The translations under genes were made by a program, and so were the position numbers. The notes under the pieces are model-generated. The model did no database searches and was not told the origin of the DNA. It saw nothing but the letters and a program-made list of their open reading frames with translations. A stretch of DNA of 32,802 bases, from contig JACRKZ010000030.1 of the NCBI GenBank assembly GCA_016235455.1, positions 1-32,802 of the forward strand. Reading direction: 5' to 3'. This stretch comes from Armatimonadota bacterium. GTDB lineage: Bacteria; Armatimonadota; UBA10988. This document shows positions 1 through 9,654 of this stretch, one piece after another. Each line of letters opens with the position of its first letter. Position 1 is the stretch's first letter.

Positions 1-1
1 C

Positions 2-301
2 AAGGCCGTGCGTGCCGCGCGCCAAGGCACGGTCTACCTCTGCGCGGAAGTGGCCCATCTGGCGAGCGACGGCGCTGGGTTCGGGCTGCTGCCGGTGAGG
101 GCCGACCCGCTGACGCCACGAGAACGCGAAGTCCTGCAAGCGGTGGCTGAGGGATTGACCACGCTGCAGATCGCGGCGCGCATGTTCATCTCGCGCAAGA
201 CCGTGGAGGCGCATCGACGGAACATCGTGCGCAAGCTGGGCCTGCGCACCGTGGCCGAACTGACCAAATACGCCGTGCGTCACGGCATCAGCCCCGGTTA
301 G
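2..301 (+). CDS. LuxR/NarL-family response regulator, C-terminal HTH part (5' truncated by window edge)
   Basis: LTPREREVLQAVAEGLTTLQIAARMFISRKTVEAHRRNIVRKLG is a classic LuxR HTH; the frame is open to the window start. Confidence 0.92.
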   Translation, partial: KAVRAARQGTVYLCAEVAHLASDGAGFGLLPVRADPLTPREREVLQAVAEGLTTLQIAARMFISRKTVEAHRRNIVRKLGLRTVAELTKYAVRHGISPG

Positions 302-823
302 GCCGCGGGTGGTGAAATGGATGAACCCACCTATTCACCGTGCGGCCTGTGTCGCCTAGGATCGGTGTGGCGCAGGGGGGCCCGCCTTTGGCGGCGGGCC
401 AGCGCCACGCGCGAGGCGGCGTGATGGGCGCGGGCGGCGGCACTCAACAACCACAGCGGGGCCCAGGCGACGGGGCGGCAGCGGCGCGAGCCGCCGTCGA
501 CGCCCGTGGTCGGCGCGTCGACGGTCGTCTCTATGTCAGTTGCCAGGCGTACCGGCAAGGGCTCGACGCGCTGTTAGCGGCTGAGGGCCTGGAGGTGCGC
601 TACCGCCCGGCGGCTGGCTACGGCGTGGTCGCGTGTGGCCCAGCGCCGAGCGCGCCCGACTGACTGGTAAGGGCTGCCGGGCGCCCGGCCGTGGCTCTGG
701 ATTCGGGGTCGGTGGCGCGCCCTGGGTGGGGGCGCGCCGACGGCCCACGCCGCCTGATCACCCACGCACCACGCGACGACTCGCGGTCGTCGGGCGGGAG
801 TCGCCGCGCCCAGCGGCCAAGCC

Positions 824-852
824 TTGCTGCTTAGGGGGTCTGCTGCTATGAT
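824..852 (+). promoter_or_regulatory. Putative sigma70 promoter of the rpmH operon
   Basis: TTGCTG (824-829), 17-bp spacer, TGc-TATGAT extended -10 (847-852), about 70 bp upstream of rpmH. Confidence 0.55.
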
Positions 853-924
853 GATGCGCTGTTCCACCCCTCTGGATTGGGCGGTGCGCCTGTGCCCCAC
901 GCACGGGCGGTGTTGGAGAGTTTG

Positions 925-1059
925 ATGAAGCAAACGTACCAGCCGAAGAAGCGACGGCGCAAGCGCCGGCATGGCTTCATGGAGCGGATGAGTTCGCGCA
1001 CGGGTCGAGCGATCCTGCAGCGTCGTCGGCGCAAGGGCCGGGCTCGGCTGACCGTCTGA
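925..1059 (+). CDS. rpmH: 50S ribosomal protein L34
   Basis: [44 protein letters not shown] (44 aa); GGAGAG RBS at 915-920. Confidence 0.98.
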   Translation: MKQTYQPKKRRRKRRHGFMERMSSRTGRAILQRRRRKGRARLTV

Positions 1060-1070
1060 CGAGGATCAGC

Positions 1071-1436
1071 ATGGGCCTGCCGCGGCGCTGGCGTCTGGGC
1101 GAGACGAACCGCATCCGGCAGATACTGGCCCGCGGTCGACGTTCCGGTGGCGCTATCGGCAGCCTGCATGTGCTGCCCGGCGCGGGAACGGAGACGCGGG
1201 CCTGTCTCGTTTTCTCTAGGCGAGTCGGCAACGCCGTGGTGCGCAACCGCGGTCGCCGGCGCGTGCAAGCTGCTCTGCTGGGCCTGGAGCCTCGTCTCCA
1301 AGGCGGCTGGGACCTGGTCTTCCGGGGCCGTGCCGCCTGTGGCGAGATCGACTTCATGGCGCTGCGAGCGGCGCTCGAACGGTTGCTGGTCGAGGCCAGA
1401 GTGCCCCTGGCCAGCCCCCCGCCGGGCAGGGAGTAG
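1071..1436 (+). CDS. rnpA: Ribonuclease P protein component
   Basis: FSRRVGNAVVRNRGRRR RNR motif; canonical position after rpmH. Confidence 0.95.
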   Translation: MGLPRRWRLGETNRIRQILARGRRSGGAIGSLHVLPGAGTETRACLVFSRRVGNAVVRNRGRRRVQAALLGLEPRLQGGWDLVFRGRAACGEIDFMALRAALERLLVEARVPLASPPPGRE

Positions 1437-1442
1437 ACAGCC

Positions 1443-1733
1443 ATGGACGGGCCGTTGCCCGGTGGGCTAGCGCAGTCCGAGCCGCGCGGCGACTCCCCCG
1501 AGTCGGCGAGGCGAGTCAGTCTGCCGGCGCGCCTGGTGGTCTGGCTCATCGGCCTCTACAAGAGGTTCCTGTCCCCCCTGTTACCGCCCATGTGCCGCTT
1601 CGAGCCGACCTGCTCGCAGTATGCGGCCCAGGCCATTGGACGCCATGGGCTGTGGCGCGGAGGTTGGCTGGCGCTGCGCCGGCTGCTACGCTGCAACCCG
1701 ATGTTCCCAGGAGGCCCCGACCCGGTCCCTTAG
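1443..1733 (+). CDS. yidD: Membrane protein insertion efficiency factor YidD
   Basis: [23 protein letters not shown]...[14 protein letters not shown]; lies between rnpA and yidC. Confidence 0.96.
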   Translation: MDGPLPGGLAQSEPRGDSPESARRVSLPARLVVWLIGLYKRFLSPLLPPMCRFEPTCSQYAAQAIGRHGLWRGGWLALRRLLRCNPMFPGGPDPVP

Positions 1734-1759
1734 TCCGGCGGGCTCCAGCGAGAAACACA

Positions 1760-3199
1760 GTGACACGGTTCTCCAGATTGTGCGGCCTCCTGCTGCTCCT
1801 GACCGCCTCGGCCGGCCTCCTGGCCGAACCGACTTCGCCCGCTGAGAAGGGCGCGCCCAGTGCCGCCGCGGCGGCTGGCCCGGCCAAGGCCGAAGAGCCC
1901 GGCCGGGGTGGCGCCAAGGCCGTGGCCAAGCGCGCCGTGGCCGACACCATCTTCCCGCCGGTGATGGCTCAGGACATCCTGCTGGAGGATCCCTCGTGGG
2001 CCCAGCTGCGGCCCGACGAGCAGATCGAAGCTATCCGCCGCCGCGTCGAGTCGACCGGTAAGGACGCCACCGCGCAAGGCCGGCTGCAACTGACCATCGC
2101 CTACATCTACGACCAGAAGAAGGGCGAGAAGCTGGTGGCGGCCGCGGAGTACGCGCGCCTGCAGCGCTACGCGGTCGACGCGCGCTCGCGCTACGAGTTC
2201 GCCGGCCAGGCGCTGCTGCGCGCCAGCGCGCTGTTCTACGATGAGAGCAAGGCCCGCGACAACAAGGACGCCAAGAAGCAGGCCCATCGCGCGCTGGACG
2301 GCATCGTCATGGCCGAGCAGCGCTCGGGCGGCACGCTCAAGCTGTGGCAGAACCAGTCTGGTGTCTGGACCCAGGTCGACGACCCGTACAAGTACGCGCT
2401 GCAGAAGATCGACGACATCAGCCGCGACCAGATCGTCTACAAGGTGATCGACGTGCTGGTGCACCTCACCGGCAACGTCTCGGGGCTGAGCCACGTGCTG
2501 GCGCTGCTGCTGCTGGCCCTCGGCCTCAACGCCGCCACCTTCCCGCTGAGCCGCATGAGCTACCGCTCGATGCGCGAGATGCAGCGCGTCCAGCCGCTGC
2601 TCAAGGAACTGCAGGCCCGCTACAAGGATGACCCGCAACGGCAGCAGGCGGAGATGATGAAGGTGTACCGCGAGCACGGGGTCAACCCGCTCGCCGGCTG
2701 CCTGCCGATGCTCATCCAGATGCCGATGTTCATCTTTGTTTACCAGGGCATTCGCGCCTACACGTTCCACTTCCATGGCGCGTCGTTCCTCTGGATTCAG
2801 TCCTTGGCCAAGCCGGACCTGCCTTTGTTGCTGTGCTACGGCTTGAGCATGTACGTCACGCAGAAGCTGATGATGGCCAGCCAGCCGCCGGCCGATCCGC
2901 AGCAGGCGCAGATGCAGCGCACCATGTCGTACATGATGCCGCTGATGTTCACGTTCATGATGTACTCCTGGAATCTGCCGAGCGCCTTCTACTTCTACTG
3001 GCTGGCGTTCAACATCCTGTCGACCGCGGCGACCTTCATCAACAAGGCGACCATGCCGCCCATGACCACGCCGGTCCTGGCGGTCAGCACGCCGGGCTCC
3101 GACTCGGCGGCCGAGGGCGGCGCGAAGCAGTCCGCGCTGAAGATGAACCGGACGGCAGGACGCGCGGGTTCGAAGGGGAAGAAGCGCGGCAAGCGCTGA
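1760..3199 (+). CDS. yidC: Membrane protein insertase YidC with atypical N-terminal extracytoplasmic domain
   Basis: YRSMREMQRVQPLLKELQARYKDD and YREHGVNPLAGCLPMLIQMP signatures; GTG start at 1760 chosen because it follows yidD and opens a signal peptide-like segment. Confidence 0.93.
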   Translation: MTRFSRLCGLLLLLTASAGLLAEPTSPAEKGAPSAAAAAGPAKAEEPGRGGAKAVAKRAVADTIFPPVMAQDILLEDPSWAQLRPDEQIEAIRRRVESTGKDATAQGRLQLTIAYIYDQKKGEKLVAAAEYARLQRYAVDARSRYEFAGQALLRASALFYDESKARDNKDAKKQAHRALDGIVMAEQRSGGTLKLWQNQSGVWTQVDDPYKYALQKIDDISRDQIVYKVIDVLVHLTGNVSGLSHVLALLLLALGLNAATFPLSRMSYRSMREMQRVQPLLKELQARYKDDPQRQQAEMMKVYREHGVNPLAGCLPMLIQMPMFIFVYQGIRAYTFHFHGASFLWIQSLAKPDLPLLLCYGLSMYVTQKLMMASQPPADPQQAQMQRTMSYMMPLMFTFMMYSWNLPSAFYFYWLAFNILSTAATFINKATMPPMTTPVLAVSTPGSDSAAEGGAKQSALKMNRTAGRAGSKGKKRGKR

Positions 3200-3275
3200 G
3201 CTTGGTCGCAGACCACCCGGCAATGTGCCAGACGACGCGGCCTGCAGCGCGTCGGCAGCTCAGAAGGAGCGCAAG

Positions 3276-3920
3276 GTGAAAGAGGTCAAAGTCCATGCGG
3301 CGAACGCCGACGAAGCCCTGGCCGACGGTGCGGCGGCGTTGGGCGTCTCACCGCGGCAGGCTCAAGTGGAGATCCTGGCCGAGGACGAGGACGGCGTGAC
3401 GGCGTTGGTGACGGTGCCGGACGAGGCGCAAGCCGAGTCGGCCGAGACCGCTGGCGACGGCGACTCCCTGGACGAAGTCTGTGCCCGTGCGCGTCGCTCG
3501 TTGCAGACGGTGCTGGAGCTGATGGGCATGGAGGCGCGCTGCGAAGTGCAGAGCGCCAACGAAGACGAGATCGTGCTCAACATCCTCGGCGAGGATCTGG
3601 GCATCGTCATCGGCAGCTGTGGACAGACGCTCAACGCCTTGCAGTTCCTGCTCAACCTCATGGTCAACAAGGGCGGTCGGCGTCGGCGCCTCACCGTGGA
3701 CGCCGAGGGCTATCGCGACCGACGACGGCAACGGCTGGAAGAGCTGGCTGGCGAGCACGCGCGGCGAGCCAAGGCCGAGCGCCGGCCCGTCATCCTCGAA
3801 GGGCTGCGGGCCGCCGAGCGCCGCATCATCCACACCGCCTTGCAGCACGATCCCGACATTGTCACTTACTCCGAGGGCGAGGAGCCGCATCGGCGGCTGA
3901 TCATCACGCCGCGCAGCTAG
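3276..3920 (+). CDS. jag: Jag/EloR/KhpB RNA-binding protein (Jag_N, KH, R3H)
   Basis: KH GIVIGSCGQTLNALQFL and R3H ERRIIHTAL...SEGEEPHRRLII; AAGGAG RBS at 3264-3269 before the GTG. Confidence 0.95.
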   Translation: MKEVKVHAANADEALADGAAALGVSPRQAQVEILAEDEDGVTALVTVPDEAQAESAETAGDGDSLDEVCARARRSLQTVLELMGMEARCEVQSANEDEIVLNILGEDLGIVIGSCGQTLNALQFLLNLMVNKGGRRRRLTVDAEGYRDRRRQRLEELAGEHARRAKAERRPVILEGLRAAERRIIHTALQHDPDIVTYSEGEEPHRRLIITPRS

Positions 3921-4001
3921 ACGGCGGGGCTGGCGGCCGGCGGCGGCCGGGGCCGGCCACGCGTGGTGTCGCACCGTATCGACCGAGCAGCGGATGAGGG
4001 C

Positions 4002-4021
4002 CGTGTTGCACGTGCAACACG
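4002..4021. promoter_or_regulatory. parS: parS-like centromere site 1
   Basis: Perfect 20-bp palindrome CGTGTTGCACGTGCAACACG; its core TGTTGCACGTGCAACA is one mismatch from TGTTNCACGTGAAACA; immediately upstream of the parA RBS. Confidence 0.85.
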
Positions 4022-4034
4022 CGCGGAGGCAGGC

Positions 4035-4831
4035 ATGGGTCGCGTGACGGCCGTGGTCAACCAGAAAGGCGGGGTGGGCAAGACAACCACCGCCGTGTCT
4101 CTGGCCGGCTTTCTGGCGGCGCGCGGCGTACCGGTGCTGTTGCTGGACGCCGATCCGCAGGGCAACGCCAGCAGTGGCCTGGGCATCGACCGGCGGGCGC
4201 TGTCGGCCTGCCTGTACGATGCCCTGGCGGGCAACCTCAGTCTGCGCGAGGTGATTGTGCCCACCAAGGTCGACGGGCTGCACCTGGCTCCGGCCACGCT
4301 GAATCTGGCCGGCGTCGAGGTGGAGCTGGCTACTCGGCAGGAGGGGCCCGGCTGGCGAGAGCGCCGCCTGAGCGAAGCGCTGGCCCCGGTGCGGGGCGAC
4401 TACGGCGCCATCCTCATCGACGCGCCGCCGTCGCTCGGTTTGCTGACCCTCAATGCCCTGGTGGCGGCCGACGGCGTGCTCATCCCGGTGCAGACGGAGT
4501 ACTACGCGCTGGAAGGGCTGAGCCAGTTGCTGAACACGGTGCAGTTTGTGCAGCGGCGCCTGAACCCGCGGCTGGATTTGGACGGGGTGGTGCTGACCAT
4601 GTACGACCCCCGCACCAACCTGGCTCGCCAGGTGGCGGCGGAGGTCCGCGGGTTCTTTGGCGCGCGCGCCTGCACGGCGGTCATCCCGCGCAACATCCGA
4701 CTGAGCGAGGCGCCCAGTTTCGGAGAGCCGGTGCATCAGTTCGCGCCCGACTCGGCCGGTGGCCGGGCCTACGGCGAGCTGGCGGCGGAGCTGGCGGAGC
4801 GGCTTGGCCTGGAGCCGGCGGGAGCACTGCC

Positions 4832-4835
<4 letters not shown>
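4035..4835 (+). CDS. parA: Chromosome partitioning ATPase ParA/Soj
   Basis: Deviant Walker A NQKGGVGKTT, DADPQGN, IDAPPSLG, IPRNIRLSEAPSFG; GGAGG RBS at 4025-4029. Confidence 0.97.
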
Positions 4836-5694
<859 letters not shown>

Positions 5695-5698
<4 letters not shown>

Positions 5699-6000
5699 GC
5701 CATCCCGCGTTGCGGGCCGCGCCCGACGGCGTGGTCGTGCTGCTTCGGGTCATTCCTCGCAGCCAGCCCGAAGGCCTGGCCGGCCTGCGCGATGGGCGGC
5801 TGCTGGTGCGTCTGTCCGCCGCGCCGGTGGACGGGGCGGCCAACAAGGCATTGACGGCCGTGCTGGCGCAGGCCTTTGGGGTCAGCCGCTCGCGCGTGGA
5901 CCTGCAGCGGGGCGAGAAGTCGCGCGAGAAGGAAGTCCTGCTGCGCGGACTGGCCATGGAGACCGTGCTGGCCGCCCTGCCGCCGGCATGTTGCACGTGA
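5695..6000 (+). CDS. DUF167/YggU (UPF0235) family protein
   Basis: LRVIPRS...RLSAAPVDGAANKAL...GEKSREK pattern; GTGA overlap with the parB stop. Confidence 0.9.
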
Positions 6001-6004
6001 AACA
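5989..6004. promoter_or_regulatory. parS: parS site 2
   Basis: TGTTGCACGTGAAACA is an exact match to consensus TGTTNCACGTGAAACA and contains the DUF167 TGA stop. Confidence 0.9.
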
Positions 6005-6012
6005 CCCGGCCC

Positions 6013-7323
6013 TCACGGCGCCAGCGGTACGCCGCGCAGGAGGAACGTGGTACTGTCCGCCGGCTCTTGCCGCGTAAAGACGAGTTCCAGTTGGGTCGGC
6101 TCAAAGGCCGCCGTGACCGGCTGGCGCGCCTGCCAGTCCCAGGCGTTGAGCACATCGTCCTTCTGCTCACCGCCACGCACCGTGCCGAGCCGCGACCACA
6201 CGGCCTGGAATTCCGCCTCGTCGCGGTCGGGCCACTGCGCCGTGCGGCCCACCGGCAGTGTCATCGTCAGCCCTTTCCCGCCGCGCCACAGGGTCAGCAG
6301 GCTGCGCGACCCGGGTGATCGGCGGCGCACCAGGCCGCCGAGCGTGTAGGCGTCGCGGCAGGGCACCTGGTCGATGGCCGTCACCACATCGCCGACCCGC
6401 AGTCCGCCTTCGGCGCCCGGGCCGGTCGGCTCCACGGCATCGATGACCACTCCGGCCGGCCGCCCGCCGAGCGCCACGGCGTCGGTGCCCGTCACGCCCA
6501 GCCAACCGCCCCAGTCAGGCCGCCACGGCCGGCGCACGAACCGCCAGTCGTCGAGCGCGGGTCCGTCGCCATCGCGGGCGCGCAGGTCAGTCAATTCCCA
6601 CTCGCCAGCCCCTGGCTCGGGACCCAGAGTGTGCAACCGCACGCTGTAATAGGTGCCTTCGTCGGGCGGCGGCGCCGACGTCGGCGCCATGGCCCGCGGC
6701 GCGGTGCTCTCGAGGGCGTAGAAGTACGGCGGGCCCGCCGGCGACGTGTCCAGCACCACCGTGTCATGCCTGACCAGGGTGGGCTCCACCGCCAGACCCA
6801 GCTCAGGCAGCAGGCGCGGTGTGCCGAGGGGCTCCAGGTCCAGGCGCACGGACATTCTGGCCGCGGGCGCCGGCACGCCCAGGGACAGCGCCAGGGCCGT
6901 CAGCCGCTGGACCGTGGCCGGCAGGTACACGCTGACCCAGGCGCTGCCGTCGTCGGCTCGCACCACCCGCCAGCTACCGGCGGTGACGCCCTGACCATGT
7001 CCGTCGGTGACGAGCGGCGGTTCGACCACCTGCAGCTCCGCCGGCAGCGCGCCGCGCTCGGCGCGCAGCCAGAGCAGCAGGCGGCACTGCGCCTGAGCGC
7101 CATCACGGGGTGTGAGGCGATCGGCCGAGATCACGGTCATGCGCCACCCGCCGGAGCGCGCTTCCAGGGCCGTGCGCGGCACCACCCGCTGCTTGACGGC
7201 CGGGTCACCAAAGACCAGTGACGCGGGCGGCGTCAGCGCGCCGCCCGGTGCGACCGGGGCATCGGCACAGAACGCCGCTCGACCACAGATGAGGGCGGCC
7301 AGCCACCAGCGCCACGAGCGCAT
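6013..7323 (-). CDS. Secreted PDZ-domain protein
   Basis: Signal peptide-like N-terminus; WLGV...GVVIDAVEPTGPGAEGGLRVGDVVTAID...LTLWRGG PDZ pattern; starts 1 bp after the anti-sigma stop. Confidence 0.8.
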   Translation of the reverse strand: MRSWRWWLAALICGRAAFCADAPVAPGGALTPPASLVFGDPAVKQRVVPRTALEARSGGWRMTVISADRLTPRDGAQAQCRLLLWLRAERGALPAELQVVEPPLVTDGHGQGVTAGSWRVVRADDGSAWVSVYLPATVQRLTALALSLGVPAPAARMSVRLDLEPLGTPRLLPELGLAVEPTLVRHDTVVLDTSPAGPPYFYALESTAPRAMAPTSAPPPDEGTYYSVRLHTLGPEPGAGEWELTDLRARDGDGPALDDWRFVRRPWRPDWGGWLGVTGTDAVALGGRPAGVVIDAVEPTGPGAEGGLRVGDVVTAIDQVPCRDAYTLGGLVRRRSPGSRSLLTLWRGGKGLTMTLPVGRTAQWPDRDEAEFQAVWSRLGTVRGGEQKDDVLNAWDWQARQPVTAAFEPTQLELVFTRQEPADSTTFLLRGVPLAP

Positions 7324-7324
7324 G

Positions 7325-7948
7325 CTAGAAACTCACCTTCGACGGCCGACTCGCCGGCTCCGCCGACGAGTTGCCCACGGGCACCCGCACGGTGGGCGCC
7401 GGCGCCGCAGCACCGGGACGCTTGACCGAACCTCCGCCGCCACCCGTGCTGGCAGGACCTCGCTCGCGCCAGCGCGTCTCGACACGCACCACCGGCTTGT
7501 AGACGACCTTCTCCACGGGCACTTCCACCCGCTTTTCGACAACGCGCTCAACCACGCGTTCGACAACCTTCTCCACCGGCACCTCACGCACCACTTGCTG
7601 CGTCTCGACTCGCGCGGAGAAGCGGCCACCGGCGGCCATGCCGCCCAAGAACAGGCAGATGGCAGCCAAGGGCGTCAGCGCCAGGCGCAGGCGGCCCGGC
7701 GGCGCCATCGGCGCCGACTCGCGAGCGAGCACGCCAAGCACCTGCTCCGCCGCGGTCTCCGGCACCGGGCGGGCGGGGTCATGCTGCCGCAACAGGCTGG
7801 CCAGCGCCTCCTGCCCGGCCAGATCGGCCCGACATACCTCACACCGGACGAGATGCGCGGCTACTCGCGCATGCGCGGGACCGGGTAACTGACCAAGTCG
7901 ATAGGCGGGCAACAGCCGTGCCCAATGTCGGTGACTCCAAGCTCTCAT
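7325..7948 (-). CDS. Zinc-finger (ZAS, zf-HC2) transmembrane anti-sigma factor
   Basis: HLVRCEVC (HxxxCxxC) motif, one TM helix (LALTPLAAICLFLGGMAAG), ATGA overlap with the ECF sigma gene. Confidence 0.88.
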   Translation of the reverse strand: MRAWSHRHWARLLPAYRLGQLPGPAHARVAAHLVRCEVCRADLAGQEALASLLRQHDPARPVPETAAEQVLGVLARESAPMAPPGRLRLALTPLAAICLFLGGMAAGGRFSARVETQQVVREVPVEKVVERVVERVVEKRVEVPVEKVVYKPVVRVETRWRERGPASTGGGGGSVKRPGAAAPAPTVRVPVGNSSAEPASRPSKVSF

Positions 7949-8571
7949 CTGTGCTGACTCCCGGCCTGGTCGCCATCCACCAGACCCAACTCCCGGCGCA
8001 CATGGCGCACGGCGTAGTGCAGTCGTGAACCCACGGTGCCCACGGTGCAGCCGACGGTGTCGGCGATCTCCTTGTAACTCATGGCTTCGAAATAATGCAG
8101 CAGCATGACCGTCCGGTGCTCCGGGGACAGGCTGTCCAGGGCCCGCCGTACATCCTCCCGCGCGACCCGGTCGAGCGCGGTGTCGCTGGTCAGCCGAGCC
8201 TCGGTGGCCGGCTCGGACCCGGCGCGCAGCGGATCGTCCAGGCTGTCGGTGCGCGCCTGGCGGGAGCGGTGCCGCCGCAGGTGGTCCAGCGCCAGATGGT
8301 GGGCGATGGTATAGAGCCAGGTCGAGAACCGCGCTCTCGGCTGATAGCGAGGCAGGGCGCGCATCATCTTGAGAAAGGTCTCCTGGGCCAGGTCGGCGGC
8401 GGTGTCAGGGTCGCCCAGAAGCCGGTCCAGAAACTGCGTCAGTGGGGCGTGGTAGCGCCTCACCAGGACGTCAAGCGCCCCGGCGTCTCCACGCTGGATA
8501 GCCACCACCAGCGCCTGGTCTTCAAGCGGCCCGTGTGCCGCCTGGAGGCCCGAGGCTTCTGTCTCCGTCAT
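7945..8571 (-). CDS. ECF RNA polymerase sigma-70 factor
   Basis: Region 2 ADLAQETFLK...FSTWLYTIAHH and region 4 MSYKEIADTVGCTVGTVGSRLHYA. Confidence 0.96.
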   Translation of the reverse strand: MTETEASGLQAAHGPLEDQALVVAIQRGDAGALDVLVRRYHAPLTQFLDRLLGDPDTAADLAQETFLKMMRALPRYQPRARFSTWLYTIAHHLALDHLRRHRSRQARTDSLDDPLRAGSEPATEARLTSDTALDRVAREDVRRALDSLSPEHRTVMLLHYFEAMSYKEIADTVGCTVGTVGSRLHYAVRHVRRELGLVDGDQAGSQHR

Positions 8572-8592
8572 GATCCGCCGATCGAGTCAATC

Positions 8593-8619
8593 TAACGCCG
8601 GCCGGGCGCCGCCTCTTCA
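8593..8619 (-). promoter_or_regulatory. Candidate ECF-type autoregulatory promoter
   Basis: Minus strand TGAAGA-N16-CGTTA, about 20 bp upstream of the sigma ATG; resembles SigW-type TGAAAC-N16-CGTA. Confidence 0.35.
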
Positions 8620-8689
8620 ACACCGGTCACTGGGCATCGCAAGGAGCCCGTCCGCGGGCGGCGAAACACCGGCCCAGGAGATGCGCCCC

Positions 8690-9649
8690 ATGACGAACCT
8701 GCTGCGCCGACGCGCTGTACTACTGGGCTGGCTCGTGGCCATGGCCTGGCCGACGCTGGCCCAAGATGCGCCGCGCCAACCGGTTGGCGACGAACTGTAC
8801 AAGACTTACGCCGCCCTCTACAACTACGATGCCCAGGCGCCTTTGAACGCCGAGATCGCCAAGGAGGAGGACCAGGGCGGCACCAAGGTCCAGCTCATCA
8901 AGTATGACAGCACGAACGGCGAGCGGGTGCCGGGCTACCTGCTTGTGCCGCCCAGTGCCAAGAAGCGGCCCGTGCTGCTGGTGGTGCACGGCTATGGCAT
9001 GAGCAAGGAGTCGATCCTGCCGGCCGCGCCGATGCTGGCCACCTTCGGCGTGGAGTACGCCTTCTTCTGCATCGACCTGCAGTACCACGGCGAACGCGCC
9101 AAGCCCGGCAAGGAGTTCCTGTCGCGCGACCTGGCCGCCAGCCAGAAAGCGTACATCCAGAGCGTGCAAGACCTGCGCCGCGCGCTGGACTACATCGCCA
9201 CGCGCGAAGACCTCGACGCCAAACGCGTCGGCGTGGCCGGCATGAGCCTGGGTGCGCTGGTCGGCAGCGCCTTGTTGGCAGTGGAGCCGACGCGCATCAA
9301 GACGGCCGTGCTGGCCGTGGGCGGCGCCGACTGGCCGTTGTTGTTCAAGGACTCCCAGCACGAAGCCGTCATGGCGCTGCGCCGCGCCGACCCGCCGCTG
9401 GACGACGCCACGGTGCGCAAGTACTGCGACCCGGTCGACCCACTGAACTTCGCCTCGCACTGGGGCGAGCGAGCCATCCTACTGGTCAATGCCAAGGACG
9501 ACCAAGTCATCCCCAAGTCGGCGGCCGAGCGCCTCCATGCTGTGGCCGTCGGCAAGCCGCTGGTCAAGGAGTGGTACGACGGCGGGCATCAGTTGCCGCC
9601 GGACGTGGTACTGCCGCGCCTGCTGGGGTGGTTTGGCGAGCATCTGTGA
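8690..9649 (+). CDS. Secreted alpha/beta hydrolase (esterase/peptidase S9-like)
   Basis: Signal peptide ending PTLA-Q, VVHGYG oxyanion motif, GMSLG nucleophile elbow, Asp (KDDQVI) and His (GGH); AGGAG RBS at 8676-8680. Confidence 0.9.
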   Translation: MTNLLRRRAVLLGWLVAMAWPTLAQDAPRQPVGDELYKTYAALYNYDAQAPLNAEIAKEEDQGGTKVQLIKYDSTNGERVPGYLLVPPSAKKRPVLLVVHGYGMSKESILPAAPMLATFGVEYAFFCIDLQYHGERAKPGKEFLSRDLAASQKAYIQSVQDLRRALDYIATREDLDAKRVGVAGMSLGALVGSALLAVEPTRIKTAVLAVGGADWPLLFKDSQHEAVMALRRADPPLDDATVRKYCDPVDPLNFASHWGERAILLVNAKDDQVIPKSAAERLHAVAVGKPLVKEWYDGGHQLPPDVVLPRLLGWFGEHL

Positions 9650-9654
9650 GAGGC

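Noticed and set aside
340-663. 107-aa ORF between the LuxR gene and rpmH
   Set aside because: No recognisable motif, Gly/Ala-rich and no clear RBS; may be real but cannot be supported
1592-1759. Upstream ORF-track extensions of yidC (likewise for jag, parA, DUF167, hydrolase, paralog 3, GH95 and hisF)
   Set aside because: They overlap neighbouring genes or precede better starts supported by RBS, gene coupling or homology
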